Source of the DNA: Chloroflexota bacterium
GTDB lineage: Bacteria; Chloroflexota; Anaerolineae; Anaerolineales; UBA11858
Reading direction: 5' to 3'
DNA length: 63,355 nt
NCBI GenBank assembly: GCA_016865865.1
Contig: VGOC01000006.1
Location: 1-63,355 of the forward strand
Under the pieces are notes generated by a model, which saw only the letters and a program-made list of their open reading frames with translations, ran no database searches and was not told the DNA's origin. Below, in pieces: positions 52,335-62,864 of the stretch (positions within the stretch are counted from its first letter, which is position 1; every line of letters starts with the position of its first letter). Made by a program: the position numbers and the translations under genes.

Positions 52335-53858
52335 ATGCTTGCGCGTGTATTCTCCTGCGCCGTGATCGGGCTTGAGGGAGTCGTCGTCGAAGTCGAAGTT
52401 GACACCAGCAGCGGTCTGCCCAAGACAACCATTGTGGGACTGCCCGACATCGCGGTGCAAGAAAGCCGCGAGCGCGTCGAGGCTGCCGTAAAAAACTCGG
52501 GCTTCACCTTCCCACGAAAGCGGGTGACGGTCAACCTGGCCCCGGCCACGGTGCGCAAGGCCGGCCCAGTCTACGATCTGCCCATCGCCGTGGGCATCCT
52601 GATCGCCACCGCTCAGCTCCCTCCCCACGCTCTCGATGACGCCCTGGTGATCGGGGAACTCTCCCTCGATGGGGGCGTGCGCCATGTGCGCGGCGTTCTC
52701 CCCATGGCTGCCCTGGCTCGCGGAGAAGGTTTTCGGGGGATTTTCGTGCCCGAGGCGGACGCGCTCGAAGCCGCCCTGATCCCTGATCTCGAGGTGATTC
52801 CTGTGCCCTCACTGGCAGCTCTGTATGACCACCTCACGGGTGGGCCGCTGTTATCCCCAAAGATTGGCCCTGCCCCCGAGGGATTCCTCCTCGGCCCTCC
52901 CACCACCGATTTCAGGGAAGTCAAAGGCCAGGAGCAGGTCAAGCGCGCCCTGGAAGTCGCCTCGGCGGGCAATCATAATGTCTTGATGATCGGGCCGCCG
53001 GGGTCAGGTAAAACCCTGTTGGCGCGCGCCATCCCGGGCATCTTGCCTCAGATGACCATTGACGAAGCCCTGGATGTCACCCGCATCTACTCCATCGCCG
53101 ACCAACTCCCCCCAGACGTCCCACTGATCCAGCAGCGCCCCTTCCGCGCCCCGCACCACACGATATCCCACGCAGGGCTGGTGGGCGGCGGCAACTGGCC
53201 CACACCGGGAGAGATCTCGCTAGCTCACCGCGGCGTGCTCTTCCTCGATGAATTTCCAGAGTTCGGCAGCCGCGTGTTGGAAGTCATGCGCCAGCCACTC
53301 GAAGACAAACACGTCACCATCTCCCGCGCACAAGGCTCGTTGACCTTCCCAGCTAATTTCCAACTGATTGCCGCGATGAACCCCTGCCCGTGCGGCTACG
53401 CGGGGGACACCGTCAAAGAATGCACCTGTTCCAACCAGGTGATCACGCGCTATCAGAAGCGCATCTCCGGCCCGATGCTCGACCGCATTGACATCCATAT
53501 CGAAGTGCCGCGCGTGGAGTACGAGAAACTCAGCGACGACCGCCTGGGGGAGCCGTCGGCGGCGATCCAGGCGCGCGTCGAAGCTGCTCGCGAACGCCAA
53601 CGAAAACGCTTCGATAGCACGGCCATATCGTGCAATGCAGATATGGGGCCGGCCACATTGCGCCAGCACTGCCAACTCGATCAGGCCGGGCGTGCCCTAA
53701 TGCGCACCGCCATGAGCCAGTTGCAGCTCTCGGCGCGCGGCTACCACCGCCTGCTCAAGCTGGCGCGCACGATTGCCGATTTAGCGGGGGAGGAGAATAT
53801 CGCCCCCGCACATATCGCGGAGGCGCTGCAATACAGGCCGAAGCAGGAGTTGATGTAA
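52335..53858 (+). CDS. comM: YifB/ComM Mg-chelatase-like AAA+ ATPase
   Basis: IVGLPD.AV.ESRERV, GPPGSGKT, PFRAPHHT, LAHRGVLFLDE, AAMNPCPCG. Confidence 0.93.
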   Translation: MLARVFSCAVIGLEGVVVEVEVDTSSGLPKTTIVGLPDIAVQESRERVEAAVKNSGFTFPRKRVTVNLAPATVRKAGPVYDLPIAVGILIATAQLPPHALDDALVIGELSLDGGVRHVRGVLPMAALARGEGFRGIFVPEADALEAALIPDLEVIPVPSLAALYDHLTGGPLLSPKIGPAPEGFLLGPPTTDFREVKGQEQVKRALEVASAGNHNVLMIGPPGSGKTLLARAIPGILPQMTIDEALDVTRIYSIADQLPPDVPLIQQRPFRAPHHTISHAGLVGGGNWPTPGEISLAHRGVLFLDEFPEFGSRVLEVMRQPLEDKHVTISRAQGSLTFPANFQLIAAMNPCPCGYAGDTVKECTCSNQVITRYQKRISGPMLDRIDIHIEVPRVEYEKLSDDRLGEPSAAIQARVEAARERQRKRFDSTAISCNADMGPATLRQHCQLDQAGRALMRTAMSQLQLSARGYHRLLKLARTIADLAGEENIAPAHIAEALQYRPKQELM

Positions 53859-53904
53859 TCCGAAGCGGGTGAATGGAAAAAAATATTCAGTCATCAGCAT
53901 CTTT

Positions 53905-54672
53905 CTAAATATAGAACCTCTCCCGATCCACCTCTTCTCTCAGAATACGCAACTCCTCCTCACTGGGCGGAGGATTCTCTACGACCTGATCGGCCAACAG
54001 CAATTCGAAGCCGGTGTTCTCCAGCACTTCCTCGACGCTGACGCCCGGCTGGGTGGCCAGCAGCATCATGCGTTTGGACTCGGGGTGGAAGCCCAGCAAG
54101 GCCAGGTTGGTGACCACGCGGTAAGGGCCGGTGCCGGGCGGCAATCCGGTGGCTTCACGCGCGCCGGGGCCGGTCAGATAGCCGGGGGTGGTGATGAAAT
54201 CCACCTTTTCGATGAAACGGCGCCTGTCGTGGCGCATGATGGCAATCGTCTGCCAGCAGTGCGAGCCGACATCGTTGCCGCCGCCGCTGCCCGGCAGGCG
54301 CACCTTGGGTTTATAGAAATCGCCGATCACCGTGCTGTTGAGATTGCCATAGGGGTCAATTTGCGCCCCGCCGATGAAACCATATTCAATGAAACCGCGT
54401 CCGGCGGCCTCGATAACGTCCAGGATCCCCAGCGCGGACAAAGCTCTATGGAAGGTGCGCCGCCCGCCGACGGCCACCGGCAAATCATCCAGGATGGCGC
54501 CCATGCCGCCGAACTCGAAGATGGTGGTCAGGTTGGGGGCGTGCATCTTCTGCGCCAGCGAAGCCGCCAGCATGGGGATGCCGGTGCCGATGAAAGCGGT
54601 GCTGTTATCGGTCATCAGGCGCGAGGCGGTGCAGATCAACATTTCAGTGGAGTTATAGGTTGGCTGGGACAT
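53905..54672 (-). CDS. Glutaconate-type CoA-transferase, beta subunit
   Basis: IGTGIP, GAQIDPYGNLNST, LPGSGGGND, VDFITTPG. Confidence 0.9.
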   Translation of the reverse strand: MSQPTYNSTEMLICTASRLMTDNSTAFIGTGIPMLAASLAQKMHAPNLTTIFEFGGMGAILDDLPVAVGGRRTFHRALSALGILDVIEAAGRGFIEYGFIGGAQIDPYGNLNSTVIGDFYKPKVRLPGSGGGNDVGSHCWQTIAIMRHDRRRFIEKVDFITTPGYLTGPGAREATGLPPGTGPYRVVTNLALLGFHPESKRMMLLATQPGVSVEEVLENTGFELLLADQVVENPPPSEEELRILREEVDRERFYI

Positions 54673-54677
54673 CTTGA

Positions 54678-55652
54678 TTACCTCGTCTTAGGAACCATCT
54701 CGCGCAACTCCCGCAGCCGTTCTTCCCCGATCAGTTCCAGATATTCCCGGTGATCCTTCAGATTGTAGATGTATTTATCCAGGTAGGCTTTCGTGGTATC
54801 GGGTTCTTTCGAAACCTCTGCCCAAAGCTGGATATGTCCCTCGTCCCGCTCATAGAGATAACACATCTCTCCGGGATGCGATCCAAAGGGGGCATGCACC
54901 ACCGCGTCTACCAGGTAGTAGGGGATGATGGTGCGGTCTGGCTGACGGCGGATTTGCTCGGTGGGGATGATTTCCTCGGCGCTGACGATCAGCGTTTTAG
55001 AAGCGCGTGACATCTCATAGGCAAAACCAGTGATGCCGTCTATCTGACAGTTGCCGTACATGTCGGCGCGATGCACATGGATGATGCCAACGTCGAGGAT
55101 CAGAGCCGGCGCCAGGGCGATGGGGTCGCCGGTAAACGGACATTCCACCAGCTTGGCGGCGCTGTACTCGAAGGTGTCGGTGCCCAGCATGGATCGCACC
55201 GGGATGAAGGGTACTCCCATCGCCGCAGCTTTGAAACGCCACACCAGGGCGCCGTTGCTCCATTCGACGATCTTCTCGACCCGCCCGGCGTCTATCTCGC
55301 GGCGGATGACATGCGAGATGCCGTACAGCTCCAGCCCGATGTACGTGAAGTCCATCTCTTTAACCAGCCCGGCAGCCAGCAGGATATCGGAATCATAGAC
55401 CCCCTGCCCCACCAGGCGCAGACCTTTTATATCCTGGCGCACGATCTCGTTGACGATGGACATGGGGCAGCGCACCGTGCCGTAGAGTTCGGTGCCAATA
55501 AAATCCCCGTTGTGAACGAAGCGGCCCACCGCCTCAGCCTCGCTCATGCGCTTATCAACCAGACTCTTCGATTTCTTTCGATTCCACTCACGAAAGGCAT
55601 TGATGTCCGGCGGTTGAAGAATTTCGCCGCGACCTTCCCGTAGTATCTTCAT
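54678..55652 (-). CDS. Glutaconate-type CoA-transferase, alpha subunit
   Basis: AAAMGVPF, CPFTG, HVHRAD.YGN, VVHAPFGSHP. Confidence 0.9.
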   Translation of the reverse strand: MKILREGRGEILQPPDINAFREWNRKKSKSLVDKRMSEAEAVGRFVHNGDFIGTELYGTVRCPMSIVNEIVRQDIKGLRLVGQGVYDSDILLAAGLVKEMDFTYIGLELYGISHVIRREIDAGRVEKIVEWSNGALVWRFKAAAMGVPFIPVRSMLGTDTFEYSAAKLVECPFTGDPIALAPALILDVGIIHVHRADMYGNCQIDGITGFAYEMSRASKTLIVSAEEIIPTEQIRRQPDRTIIPYYLVDAVVHAPFGSHPGEMCYLYERDEGHIQLWAEVSKEPDTTKAYLDKYIYNLKDHREYLELIGEERLRELREMVPKTR

Positions 55653-55769
55653 AGGCAAATCTCCTGTCTCCCAATATCCCAATCTCCCAACCACCCAATT
55701 CCCAATCTACCGATACAAGAACCCCATAAAACTCCCCAGCGCAAGGTATCCGATCTCGCTGCCATTGTA

Positions 55770-58277
55770 TCACTTGATTTCTATCTCTGCGATTTGATCG
55801 AAGCTAACCGGGAAGATATAACAATCCTGGCCAGTCGTTTGCCAGGGGATATCTTTTCGATTCATGGTTACCCTTCGAGGGGGGCGCGGCAAATAAAGCT
55901 CGATCTCGCCCTGGGCTTTTCCCAGCCTTTCGAGCCGCAGGCGGACTCCCCCTGAGGGGGTCGCTGTCCATTTGGTTACTTCTAATCCCTGGGAGATATG
56001 CAGGTCACTGCCCAGATAGACCCCCACGCTTTCCTCCCCGAAATCAGTGGGGATGGAAGGAGGGGTAGGACGTAGAGCAAGCAGTTTCACCCCATGGGGC
56101 GGGATTCCACTCAGATCGAGCGCGCCGCCCGAAACCCGACCCGAATCGCCCTCCCAAAAAGAGCGGGAGAGAAAACCTTGATCGGGATCAAGATCGAATT
56201 TCTCTAGCGGTAGTCGCACATCGTGTGGCTGATCTGCCCAATTGAAAACGGCCAATACATGCCATAGGCCGGTGGTGTTTTCCAAATCTAACCGTAACAG
56301 GCGCGGCATAGGAGCATCGAACCAATCCGGTACACGGGGAGTTTTGCCGATCAATGGAAGCAATTGTTCGGCGATGCGCAGGCGGTCAGGAGCCAATTGG
56401 GGCAGGTCGTCGGAGAGCAGCAGCGAGCCGCCGCTCAAGGCGATGGCGGTAGCCAGGGATCGAACCTCAGCCAGACTGAGCTCAGAATCCGGCCGGATGA
56501 GCAGGCAATCGGGATCGTTGACCCACCAGCGGCGGTGGAGCGGGGCGCGAGTGAGTATGTTTTGCAAGGCGTTACGGACGGATGGCAGATTGGGTTCGCG
56601 CCGCAAGGGGGTCTCGATACCTTTTTCCCGCGGCAGCCAGCGAGGCGCCACATCCGCGCCGATGCGCATGGCATCCACCAGGCCAATCGCCGAACCCAGA
56701 GGACAACCGCAGCCCAGCAATTCCACCCCCGGCCCGGCTGCCTGGCGCAGCGCTTCCAGGCCCATACGCAGCACCTGAGCACGAGTCCTGGCGCGATCAC
56801 GGAAACGCCCATCGAGAGCCGCGGCGTAGAGGAAATCCAGCTTCAAGTAAGAGAATCCCCACTCATGAACCGCTGTCCGCACGACATCGCTAGCGTATGC
56901 AAGCGCGTCGGGGTGGGTCAGGTCGAGGGCTTTGTCGAAGTTATCCCACACGAATCCGGCGTTCACAGGCAATCCCCAGCGATCTCGCAGCAACCAATCG
57001 GGATGATGTTTTGCCACCCTGGATTTGGAATGGACGATGAATGGCGCAAGCCAAAGCCCCGGCGTGAATCCAGCTTTTCGGATTTCACAAGCGAGGGGCG
57101 CGACCCCCTCAGGGAAGCCGGGATCGAACTCGAACCAGTCGCCGATTTGGGCCTCGAAGCCATCGTCTATCTGAATCAGGTCGAGAGAATGACCCCCTCC
57201 CCCAATTTTAGGGGAGGGAGGGCTTGTCTCTGAGTGTGGGAATAGTTCAATAGCAGCGTCCAAGTTGGCGCGGATTTTGGCTTCGTCAATGTCCTGGAAG
57301 AAGTGGTACCAACTGCACCAACCCACTCCCCCTTCCATCTCCCCCGATTTCGAGGGGGATAGAGAGGGGGTATTCTCGCGCGCAACCGCGTCCAAGTAGG
57401 GCGCCAGCGGATCGGGATCATCAACGTCCACAAACTGTATGCACGCCCAATCGGTCGTTATCGCCGCGCCGGGGTCGAGTTGGGCCAGGTCGCCATTGGC
57501 CCACAGGCGCAGGGCGGGGTAAAGCGGCTCATCAATGCGGGCATATAAGGAGCCAAAATGCTGTTTTTGAGAGAGGAACCCCGCCAGGATTCCAGTGCGA
57601 TGTCCCCGGTCGCCGAGTAGACCGAACATATCGCTGGCGAGGCAGCCGGGCTTTTTGGGGCGTGGGGTGCCGGGGTTATACCACATGGGGGCATTCAGAA
57701 GGTCCAATCGGGTATTCCGGTAGCGCTCATCTGCTCCGAAAGCGCCCGTGTGCGACCAGCTCTGCCAGCCGTTGGAGAAGAAGGCTAATTCTCCAGGGTC
57801 GGGGTGTGGGCGGATCACGCCGCAGCCGGCGGGCGGCGTTGATGCATGTACCCTGGCCAGCACCGCCCGGGGTAAAAAACGTTTCGCTGGGAAGAACCCC
57901 GCCGAAAGCATTTCGATCTGTTCGATGCGCACCGGCCTGGCGCCCTGGTTGCTGATCTCGGCTTTCCAAAGCATCAGCGGGTGACGCTCTGAGAGGGCGT
58001 AAGTCAAGACGCAACTCAGACCGTTCTGGTCAGGGGCGACCTCGACTTGCAGTTGTCGTAAATCTCCATGAGCAGAGAGAACTCGCTCGCGCGCCTCGAT
58101 GCGATGATCGGGCCACGTTACCAGGACAGTGAATTTCTTGCGCTTGCACCGGTAGCGAACTCGTTGCGATACGCCATCTAAGTAAGGGCCATCCCGCCGG
58201 GCGCTGAACAAACTCCAGGCGGCGGCAGCGGAGTCGAGAGTGAATTGCATGTACGGGGATTGGAGGACGTAGATCAT
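55770..58277 (-). CDS. GH36 alpha-galactosidase-like glycoside hydrolase
   Basis: NGWQSWS, GWCSWY, QIDDGFE, GLWLAPF, YLKLDFLY, RIGADV, NDPDCL. Confidence 0.9.
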   Translation of the reverse strand: MIYVLQSPYMQFTLDSAAAAWSLFSARRDGPYLDGVSQRVRYRCKRKKFTVLVTWPDHRIEARERVLSAHGDLRQLQVEVAPDQNGLSCVLTYALSERHPLMLWKAEISNQGARPVRIEQIEMLSAGFFPAKRFLPRAVLARVHASTPPAGCGVIRPHPDPGELAFFSNGWQSWSHTGAFGADERYRNTRLDLLNAPMWYNPGTPRPKKPGCLASDMFGLLGDRGHRTGILAGFLSQKQHFGSLYARIDEPLYPALRLWANGDLAQLDPGAAITTDWACIQFVDVDDPDPLAPYLDAVARENTPSLSPSKSGEMEGGVGWCSWYHFFQDIDEAKIRANLDAAIELFPHSETSPPSPKIGGGGHSLDLIQIDDGFEAQIGDWFEFDPGFPEGVAPLACEIRKAGFTPGLWLAPFIVHSKSRVAKHHPDWLLRDRWGLPVNAGFVWDNFDKALDLTHPDALAYASDVVRTAVHEWGFSYLKLDFLYAAALDGRFRDRARTRAQVLRMGLEALRQAAGPGVELLGCGCPLGSAIGLVDAMRIGADVAPRWLPREKGIETPLRREPNLPSVRNALQNILTRAPLHRRWWVNDPDCLLIRPDSELSLAEVRSLATAIALSGGSLLLSDDLPQLAPDRLRIAEQLLPLIGKTPRVPDWFDAPMPRLLRLDLENTTGLWHVLAVFNWADQPHDVRLPLEKFDLDPDQGFLSRSFWEGDSGRVSGGALDLSGIPPHGVKLLALRPTPPSIPTDFGEESVGVYLGSDLHISQGLEVTKWTATPSGGVRLRLERLGKAQGEIELYLPRPPRRVTMNRKDIPWQTTGQDCYIFPVSFDQIAEIEIK

Positions 58278-58281
58278 GGTT

Positions 58282-58350
58282 GTCGTTTGTCGTATCACGA
58301 GTCACGTGTCAGGTGTCAGGTGTCACGTGTCACGGGTCACGTGGCACGTT
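58282..58350. repeat. Heptamer array (GTGTCA[CG])
   Basis: gtcacgtgtcaggtgtcaggtgtcacgtgtcacgggtcacgtggcacg. Confidence 0.8.
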
Positions 58351-59397
58351 TTATGTTTTTCGAAGAATTCGCCCCGTTTCCACGAGGATGGAAAGTACTT
58401 CCTCAGCGATTTCGACAGTCGTCGGCCCCAGACCACAGGCGGGGGTGACCAGGCTGCGAGAATCGAACTCCTCTGGGAGGATCGTCACACCGCGGCCGGC
58501 GGCCTTTTTGGAAATGAGCTGGAATCCCGCCCGGAGCTGGTCGGCCAATCCCTGGGGAGTGACGTGATAAATCTGCTCGTTATTAGGCGTAATCCCCCAG
58601 GCGATCACGCCGCCGCGGTCGAGAAAGCCCCGTAATTCAGCAGGGTAGAGCGCAAGGTTCTCCAGGTAGCCGTATGCGTCCAGGTTGAGGATGTCGGCTT
58701 TGGTTTCGAGCAGGAGCGACCAGTCGGTGTTGGCGCAGCAATGCACTCCGGCGATGGCCCCCTCGGCATGGATGGCGTCGAAGATTTCATCCAGCGCGGC
58801 GACGGCCTGGGCGCGGCCGATGCTGACATAGGCCGAACCATACGAGGCCAGGTAAGGCTCATCCACGAAGAGAATTACCCTGGGGCGCACGGTTCTGAGT
58901 TGGCGGATCTGCCAGCGAGCGTTCATAGCCATGTTCTTGATGATCACATCTGCCAGCATGTCGTGATAGAACACCGCCCGCCTGTCCTGATCGGCGACGG
59001 TCAGGCCGAAGGTCAACGGGCCGACCACCTGTCCCTTGACCCATTCGCCAGTTGATTCTTCCAGAATGGGCAGCAGTTCGTGAAAGCCGGCGGCGATTTC
59101 GCAGGGCAGGGCGAAATAATCCAGGTCGTTGGCCAGGTAATGCTCGTAGAAGGTTTCCAGGTCGGGAGTCAGGTCGCCGGTGGTGTCCAGGGCGAGTCTC
59201 TGGTTGGCTTCGTCAATGACCACGCGGGGCAGCGAGGCGGCGTATTGAATGTAGATGCTCTCGCGGAAATCGCGCCGCGGCATTTGCGGCCAGCAGGGGA
59301 TGTCAACCGTCTCGACGATCCGACGGCAGATAATAGCAGGGTCGGTGTGTGGCACAGAGCCGACCAGGGTGGTGAGAAAATGGGAGAGGAAGCTCAT
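58351..59397 (-). CDS. Cobalamin-independent methionine synthase-like (core MetE/URO-D fold)
   Basis: GSVPH, WPQMP, KGQVVGPLT, DEP, GVHCC, TPACGLG. Confidence 0.85.
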   Translation of the reverse strand: MSFLSHFLTTLVGSVPHTDPAIICRRIVETVDIPCWPQMPRRDFRESIYIQYAASLPRVVIDEANQRLALDTTGDLTPDLETFYEHYLANDLDYFALPCEIAAGFHELLPILEESTGEWVKGQVVGPLTFGLTVADQDRRAVFYHDMLADVIIKNMAMNARWQIRQLRTVRPRVILFVDEPYLASYGSAYVSIGRAQAVAALDEIFDAIHAEGAIAGVHCCANTDWSLLLETKADILNLDAYGYLENLALYPAELRGFLDRGGVIAWGITPNNEQIYHVTPQGLADQLRAGFQLISKKAAGRGVTILPEEFDSRSLVTPACGLGPTTVEIAEEVLSILVETGRILRKT

Positions 59398-59558
59398 AGC
59401 GGCAGGGGGGTGTGAACGTTACAAGGCCAATTATAAGCCAGAGTTTTGCCGAGCACGAGATAGGAAAACGCTCACAAACCGGGAAATTGCGCAGCGAATG
59501 GGTCGTCCAATTGCGATGGTATTCCCTTTAGATTAGAAATGGAGGGGATATTCTGCGA

Positions 59559-60363
59559 ATGGTTCACCAGCGGCACATCGGCGTGGCGGTGACGGCCATC
59601 CGCGTAGACACGGCAACTTCCACCCGGAAGAATATCTTTACTTTCGAGGAAGCCCGGGCGTTCTGGGGTGAATCCAGCCGCACGGCCAACGCGCTCAGCC
59701 GCCTGGCCCGCAAGGGCTGGATCAAACGCCTCGACCGGGGAACCTACCTGATCGTCCCGTTGGAGGCGGGGCCGGAGCGGAACTGGTCAGAGAGCGGGCT
59801 GGTGATCGCGCCCTATCTGGTCAAGCCGGCGGCCGTGGCGTACTGGTCGGCCATGCACTATTGGAATATGACCGAGCAAATCCCGCGGCTTACTTTTGTC
59901 CAAACCACCGTGCGCAAGAAACCAATAACCTTGTTCGGTCAGGAGTTTCGGTTCATCACTGTCCAGGCGGGACGTTTCTTTGGGGTTTGCGAGCAGAACC
60001 TCGATGACCGGCGCGTCGTGGTGACGGATCGGGAGAAGACGCTGTTGGATGCAGCCGCACGACCTGATCTGAGCGGTGGGATTGCGCAGCTCTTCCCTGC
60101 GCTCAAAACGGCCGCTTCCGATCTGGACTGAGAGAAGTTGGATGCCTATCTCGAGACCTGGGGCGGTGGGACGGTAGTCAAGCGCCTGGGCTATCTGTTG
60201 GAGAAGGCTGCTCTCGACCTGTCTGGAATCGAGCAACGCCTGGACAGGTGGCGTGAGGTGCTTTCGGCGGGAATTTCCCTGCTCGAGCCGGGCACCCAGG
60301 CTCACGGTCCGATCGTGACCCGCTGGCGGTTGAGGGTCAATACCTCATTTGAGAAGGAGAGCG
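59559..60363 (+). pseudogene. AbiEi-like antitoxin (COG5340-type) with internal TGA
   Basis: LSRLARKGWIKRLDRGTY, YWSAMHYWNMTEQIP, DREKTLLD, LD*EKL (Trp to TGA at 60129), VKRLGYLLE. Confidence 0.75.
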
Positions 60364-61009
60364 ATGATACCAGAAACGGAAGGACATCCTGGGGGCGATC
60401 GAAGCCGCCTCGAACTGGGCCGGGAGGCTCGGCGGACCGGATTTCGCGGCTGCGCCGATCAAAATGGGGATCGTTGACGATGAGTATGGCAGCGAGGCTT
60501 TCCAGGCGCGCCTGTATAATCACGGCCCGTTGAAATGGGGAGGGTCGCCGCGCTCGATCCGGCTGGATATCACCCGGCAGGAAAAGGTGCTCCTGCCGCT
60601 GGCGCGCCGGCCTCTGCTGCATCCTTACAGCGACAGCGCGCTGCTGGAGGGCGCGGCATTGACCTGCTATTCTTTGGAGGAAGTGCTTGCCGAGAAATTA
60701 CGCGCCCTGGGCGGACAGCGGCGGTTCATCATCTCGCGGGATATATACGACATTCACAGCCTTTTGCAGGTCGGGGTATTGGTCGAGCAGGCTATCCATT
60801 TGTTGCCGGGGAAATTAGAGATACGCGGGATGGCAGTATCTGACCTTGACCCGGAACGATTGGTGAAGCACAAGGCTGAATTCGAACTGGATCGGGAGCG
60901 CCGATTGGGATATCTGGTGAAGCCTCTGCAAAAGGTGGATTTCGAGCCGGCGTGGGAGTCGGCGGTGGATTGTATCCGACAAGCACGGAGGAGGCTGCAA
61001 AAGAGATAA
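60364..61009 (+). pseudogene. AbiEii-like nucleotidyltransferase with N-terminal internal deletion
   Basis: RBS + MIPETE, then shifts frame; retains IRLDIT, YSLEEVLAEKLRAL, RDIYD; lacks the GGT...SxDxD catalytic motif. Confidence 0.7.
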
Positions 61010-61124
61010 TCTCAATCTGGAATCATATCGGCGGATTTGTCTTCGCTGATACTTGGCATCCTGCCCTTCCAGGGTGTTTACCAGATAACCGGAACGGCGG
61101 AGGCGCGTATAAACGGGAGGTAGA

Positions 61125-61191
61125 TTGACAAAACTCCATTTGTGTATAGAATTAACTGTAGAACCATAAATTATCAGTTAATTCTATACAC
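61125..61191 (+). promoter_or_regulatory. Sigma70 promoter with overlapping 17-bp inverted-repeat operator
   Basis: TTGACA 61125, TAGAAT 61147; gtgtatagaattaactg-16nt-cagttaattctatacac. Confidence 0.8.
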
Positions 61192-61192
61192 C

Positions 61193-61795
61193 ATGAAAAT
61201 GACCGCGATAGAAAAAGCACTGGCTACTTTCCAGCAGTATTCGGGCACCCTGCGCACATCTCAAGCCATCCGGCTGGGGATTGCCCCGCGCACCCTGTAC
61301 GCCCTGCGGGATGCCGGCCGGATTGTGGAAGTGACTCGTGGAGTCTACCGGCTGCCCGATATACCTCTCAGTCAGCACGCTGACCTGGTGCAGGTTGCCC
61401 TGCGGGTTTCCAAAGGGGTCATCTGCCTGGTTTCCGCACTGGCCTTTCATAACCTGACGACCCAGATTCCCCATCAAGTTTACGTTGCCCTGCCGCTGTA
61501 TGCAGAAAAGCCGCGCCTGGCTTACCCGCCAGTGCGCCTGTTCTGGCTCTCCCAGGCAGCCTATTCCGCAGGCATCGTAGAACACATCCTGGAAGGGGTG
61601 ATCCTGCGGGTGTACAGCCGCGAGAAGACGGTTGCCGACTGCTTCAAGTACCGCAACAAGATCGGCCTGGAAGTGGCGCTCGAAGCGCTGAAGGATGGCC
61701 TCGCCCAGGGATGCAAGCCGGAACGCCTGATGGAATTCGCCCGCATTGACCGGGTCGAGAAGGTCATGCGCCCTTACCTGGAGGCTCTGCTGTGA
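61193..61795 (+). CDS. abiEi: AbiEi type IV TA antitoxin
   Basis: RGVYRL, GVICLVSALAFHNLTTQIP, YSREKTVADCFKYRNKIG. Confidence 0.9.
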   Translation: MKMTAIEKALATFQQYSGTLRTSQAIRLGIAPRTLYALRDAGRIVEVTRGVYRLPDIPLSQHADLVQVALRVSKGVICLVSALAFHNLTTQIPHQVYVALPLYAEKPRLAYPPVRLFWLSQAAYSAGIVEHILEGVILRVYSREKTVADCFKYRNKIGLEVALEALKDGLAQGCKPERLMEFARIDRVEKVMRPYLEALL

Positions 61796-62676
61796 GTAAA
61801 CCGACCATCAAGAACCTGCCCGCTTCTATCCAGGACCGTCTGATGAACCAGGCGCGGCTCAGCGGCCGGCCTTTCAACGAACTTCTGCAATACTATGCTA
61901 TCGAACGGTTTCTCTACCGGCTGTCTCAATCGAAATATACCGGGAAGTTCGTTCTCAAGGGGGCGCTTTTGTTTCGCGTCTGGGGTTTGACGGCTTTCCG
62001 TCCGACTCGTGATATTGACATGCTCGGCTTTACCAGCAACGAAGTGGTAAATCTGATATCCGTAATCCGCGAAGTATGTGGGCAAAAGGTCCAGAATGAT
62101 GGCCTTTCATTCGATCCCCAAACAGTGGCCGGTGAACGAATCAAGGAGGATGCAGATTACGAGGGCGTCCGGGTGCGACTTTCCGGGCTTCTTGGAAAGG
62201 CCCGTGTCCATCTGCAGATTGATGTCGGTTTTGCCGATGTTGTTTCTCCTGCTCCTGTGGAGATGAAATACCCGGTCATCCTGCCCATGCCTGCCCCAGT
62301 GTTGTATGGTTACCCGCCCGAGACGGTGATGGCTGAAAAACTGCAAGCCATGATCTATCTTGGGACCGCCAACAGCCGGATGAAGGATTTCTATGACCTC
62401 TGGGTAATGGCCAACCGCTTCGAGTTCAATGGGAAAGTGTTACAGGAAGCCATCCGCCGGACGTTCGAACGCAGGAATACCCAAATCCCCGCAACCGAGC
62501 CGGCAGCCTTTTCAGCGCAACTCGCCCGGGAAAAACAAAGTCAGTGGGTGGCATTCCTCAAAACCAGCGCCATTACGGATGCGCCCGACCAATTGGAGTC
62601 CATTCTGGCATGCTTACGAGAATTCATTTCACCCATCTTTCAAGCCCTTTGCGCAGGGCGGACATTCGTCAATTAA
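61792..62676 (+). CDS. abiEii: AbiEii nucleotidyltransferase toxin
   Basis: ERFLYRL, FVLKGAL, RPTRDID, AEKLQA, NSRMKDFYD. Confidence 0.9.
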   Translation: MSKPTIKNLPASIQDRLMNQARLSGRPFNELLQYYAIERFLYRLSQSKYTGKFVLKGALLFRVWGLTAFRPTRDIDMLGFTSNEVVNLISVIREVCGQKVQNDGLSFDPQTVAGERIKEDADYEGVRVRLSGLLGKARVHLQIDVGFADVVSPAPVEMKYPVILPMPAPVLYGYPPETVMAEKLQAMIYLGTANSRMKDFYDLWVMANRFEFNGKVLQEAIRRTFERRNTQIPATEPAAFSAQLAREKQSQWVAFLKTSAITDAPDQLESILACLREFISPIFQALCAGRTFVN

Positions 62677-62739
62677 TGGAATGCGGGTGGACCGTGGATT
62701 ACATGAGAGACAGCGAGCAGTGGGGTTGACTGTTTGCAC

Positions 62740-62811
62740 GGCCAACCAGCTCAACGGTAGAGCAGTGGACTCTTAATCCATTGGTTCGGGGTTCAAATCC
62801 CCGGTCGGTCA
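62740..62811 (+). tRNA. tRNA-Lys(CTT), with deviant acceptor stem (possibly degenerate)
   Basis: D-arm gctc/gagc, anticodon arm gtgga-ctCTTaa-tccat, T-arm cgggg-ttcaaat-ccccg; A5:C68 mismatch, C at position 8, no encoded CCA. Confidence 0.8.
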
Positions 62812-62813
62812 TA

Positions 62814-62838
62814 GAAGCCCCCGCAAACCGGGGGCTTC
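62814..62838. terminator. GC-rich hairpin after the tRNA
   Basis: gaagcccccg-caaac-cgggggcttc; no U tract. Confidence 0.45.
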
Positions 62839-62864
62839 GCTGTTATACATCGTGCTGGCACTGG

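Noticed and set aside
60129-60131. In-frame TGA as selenocysteine or recoding
   Set aside because: Context LD*EKL fits a Trp codon mutation, and the partner toxin gene is also broken
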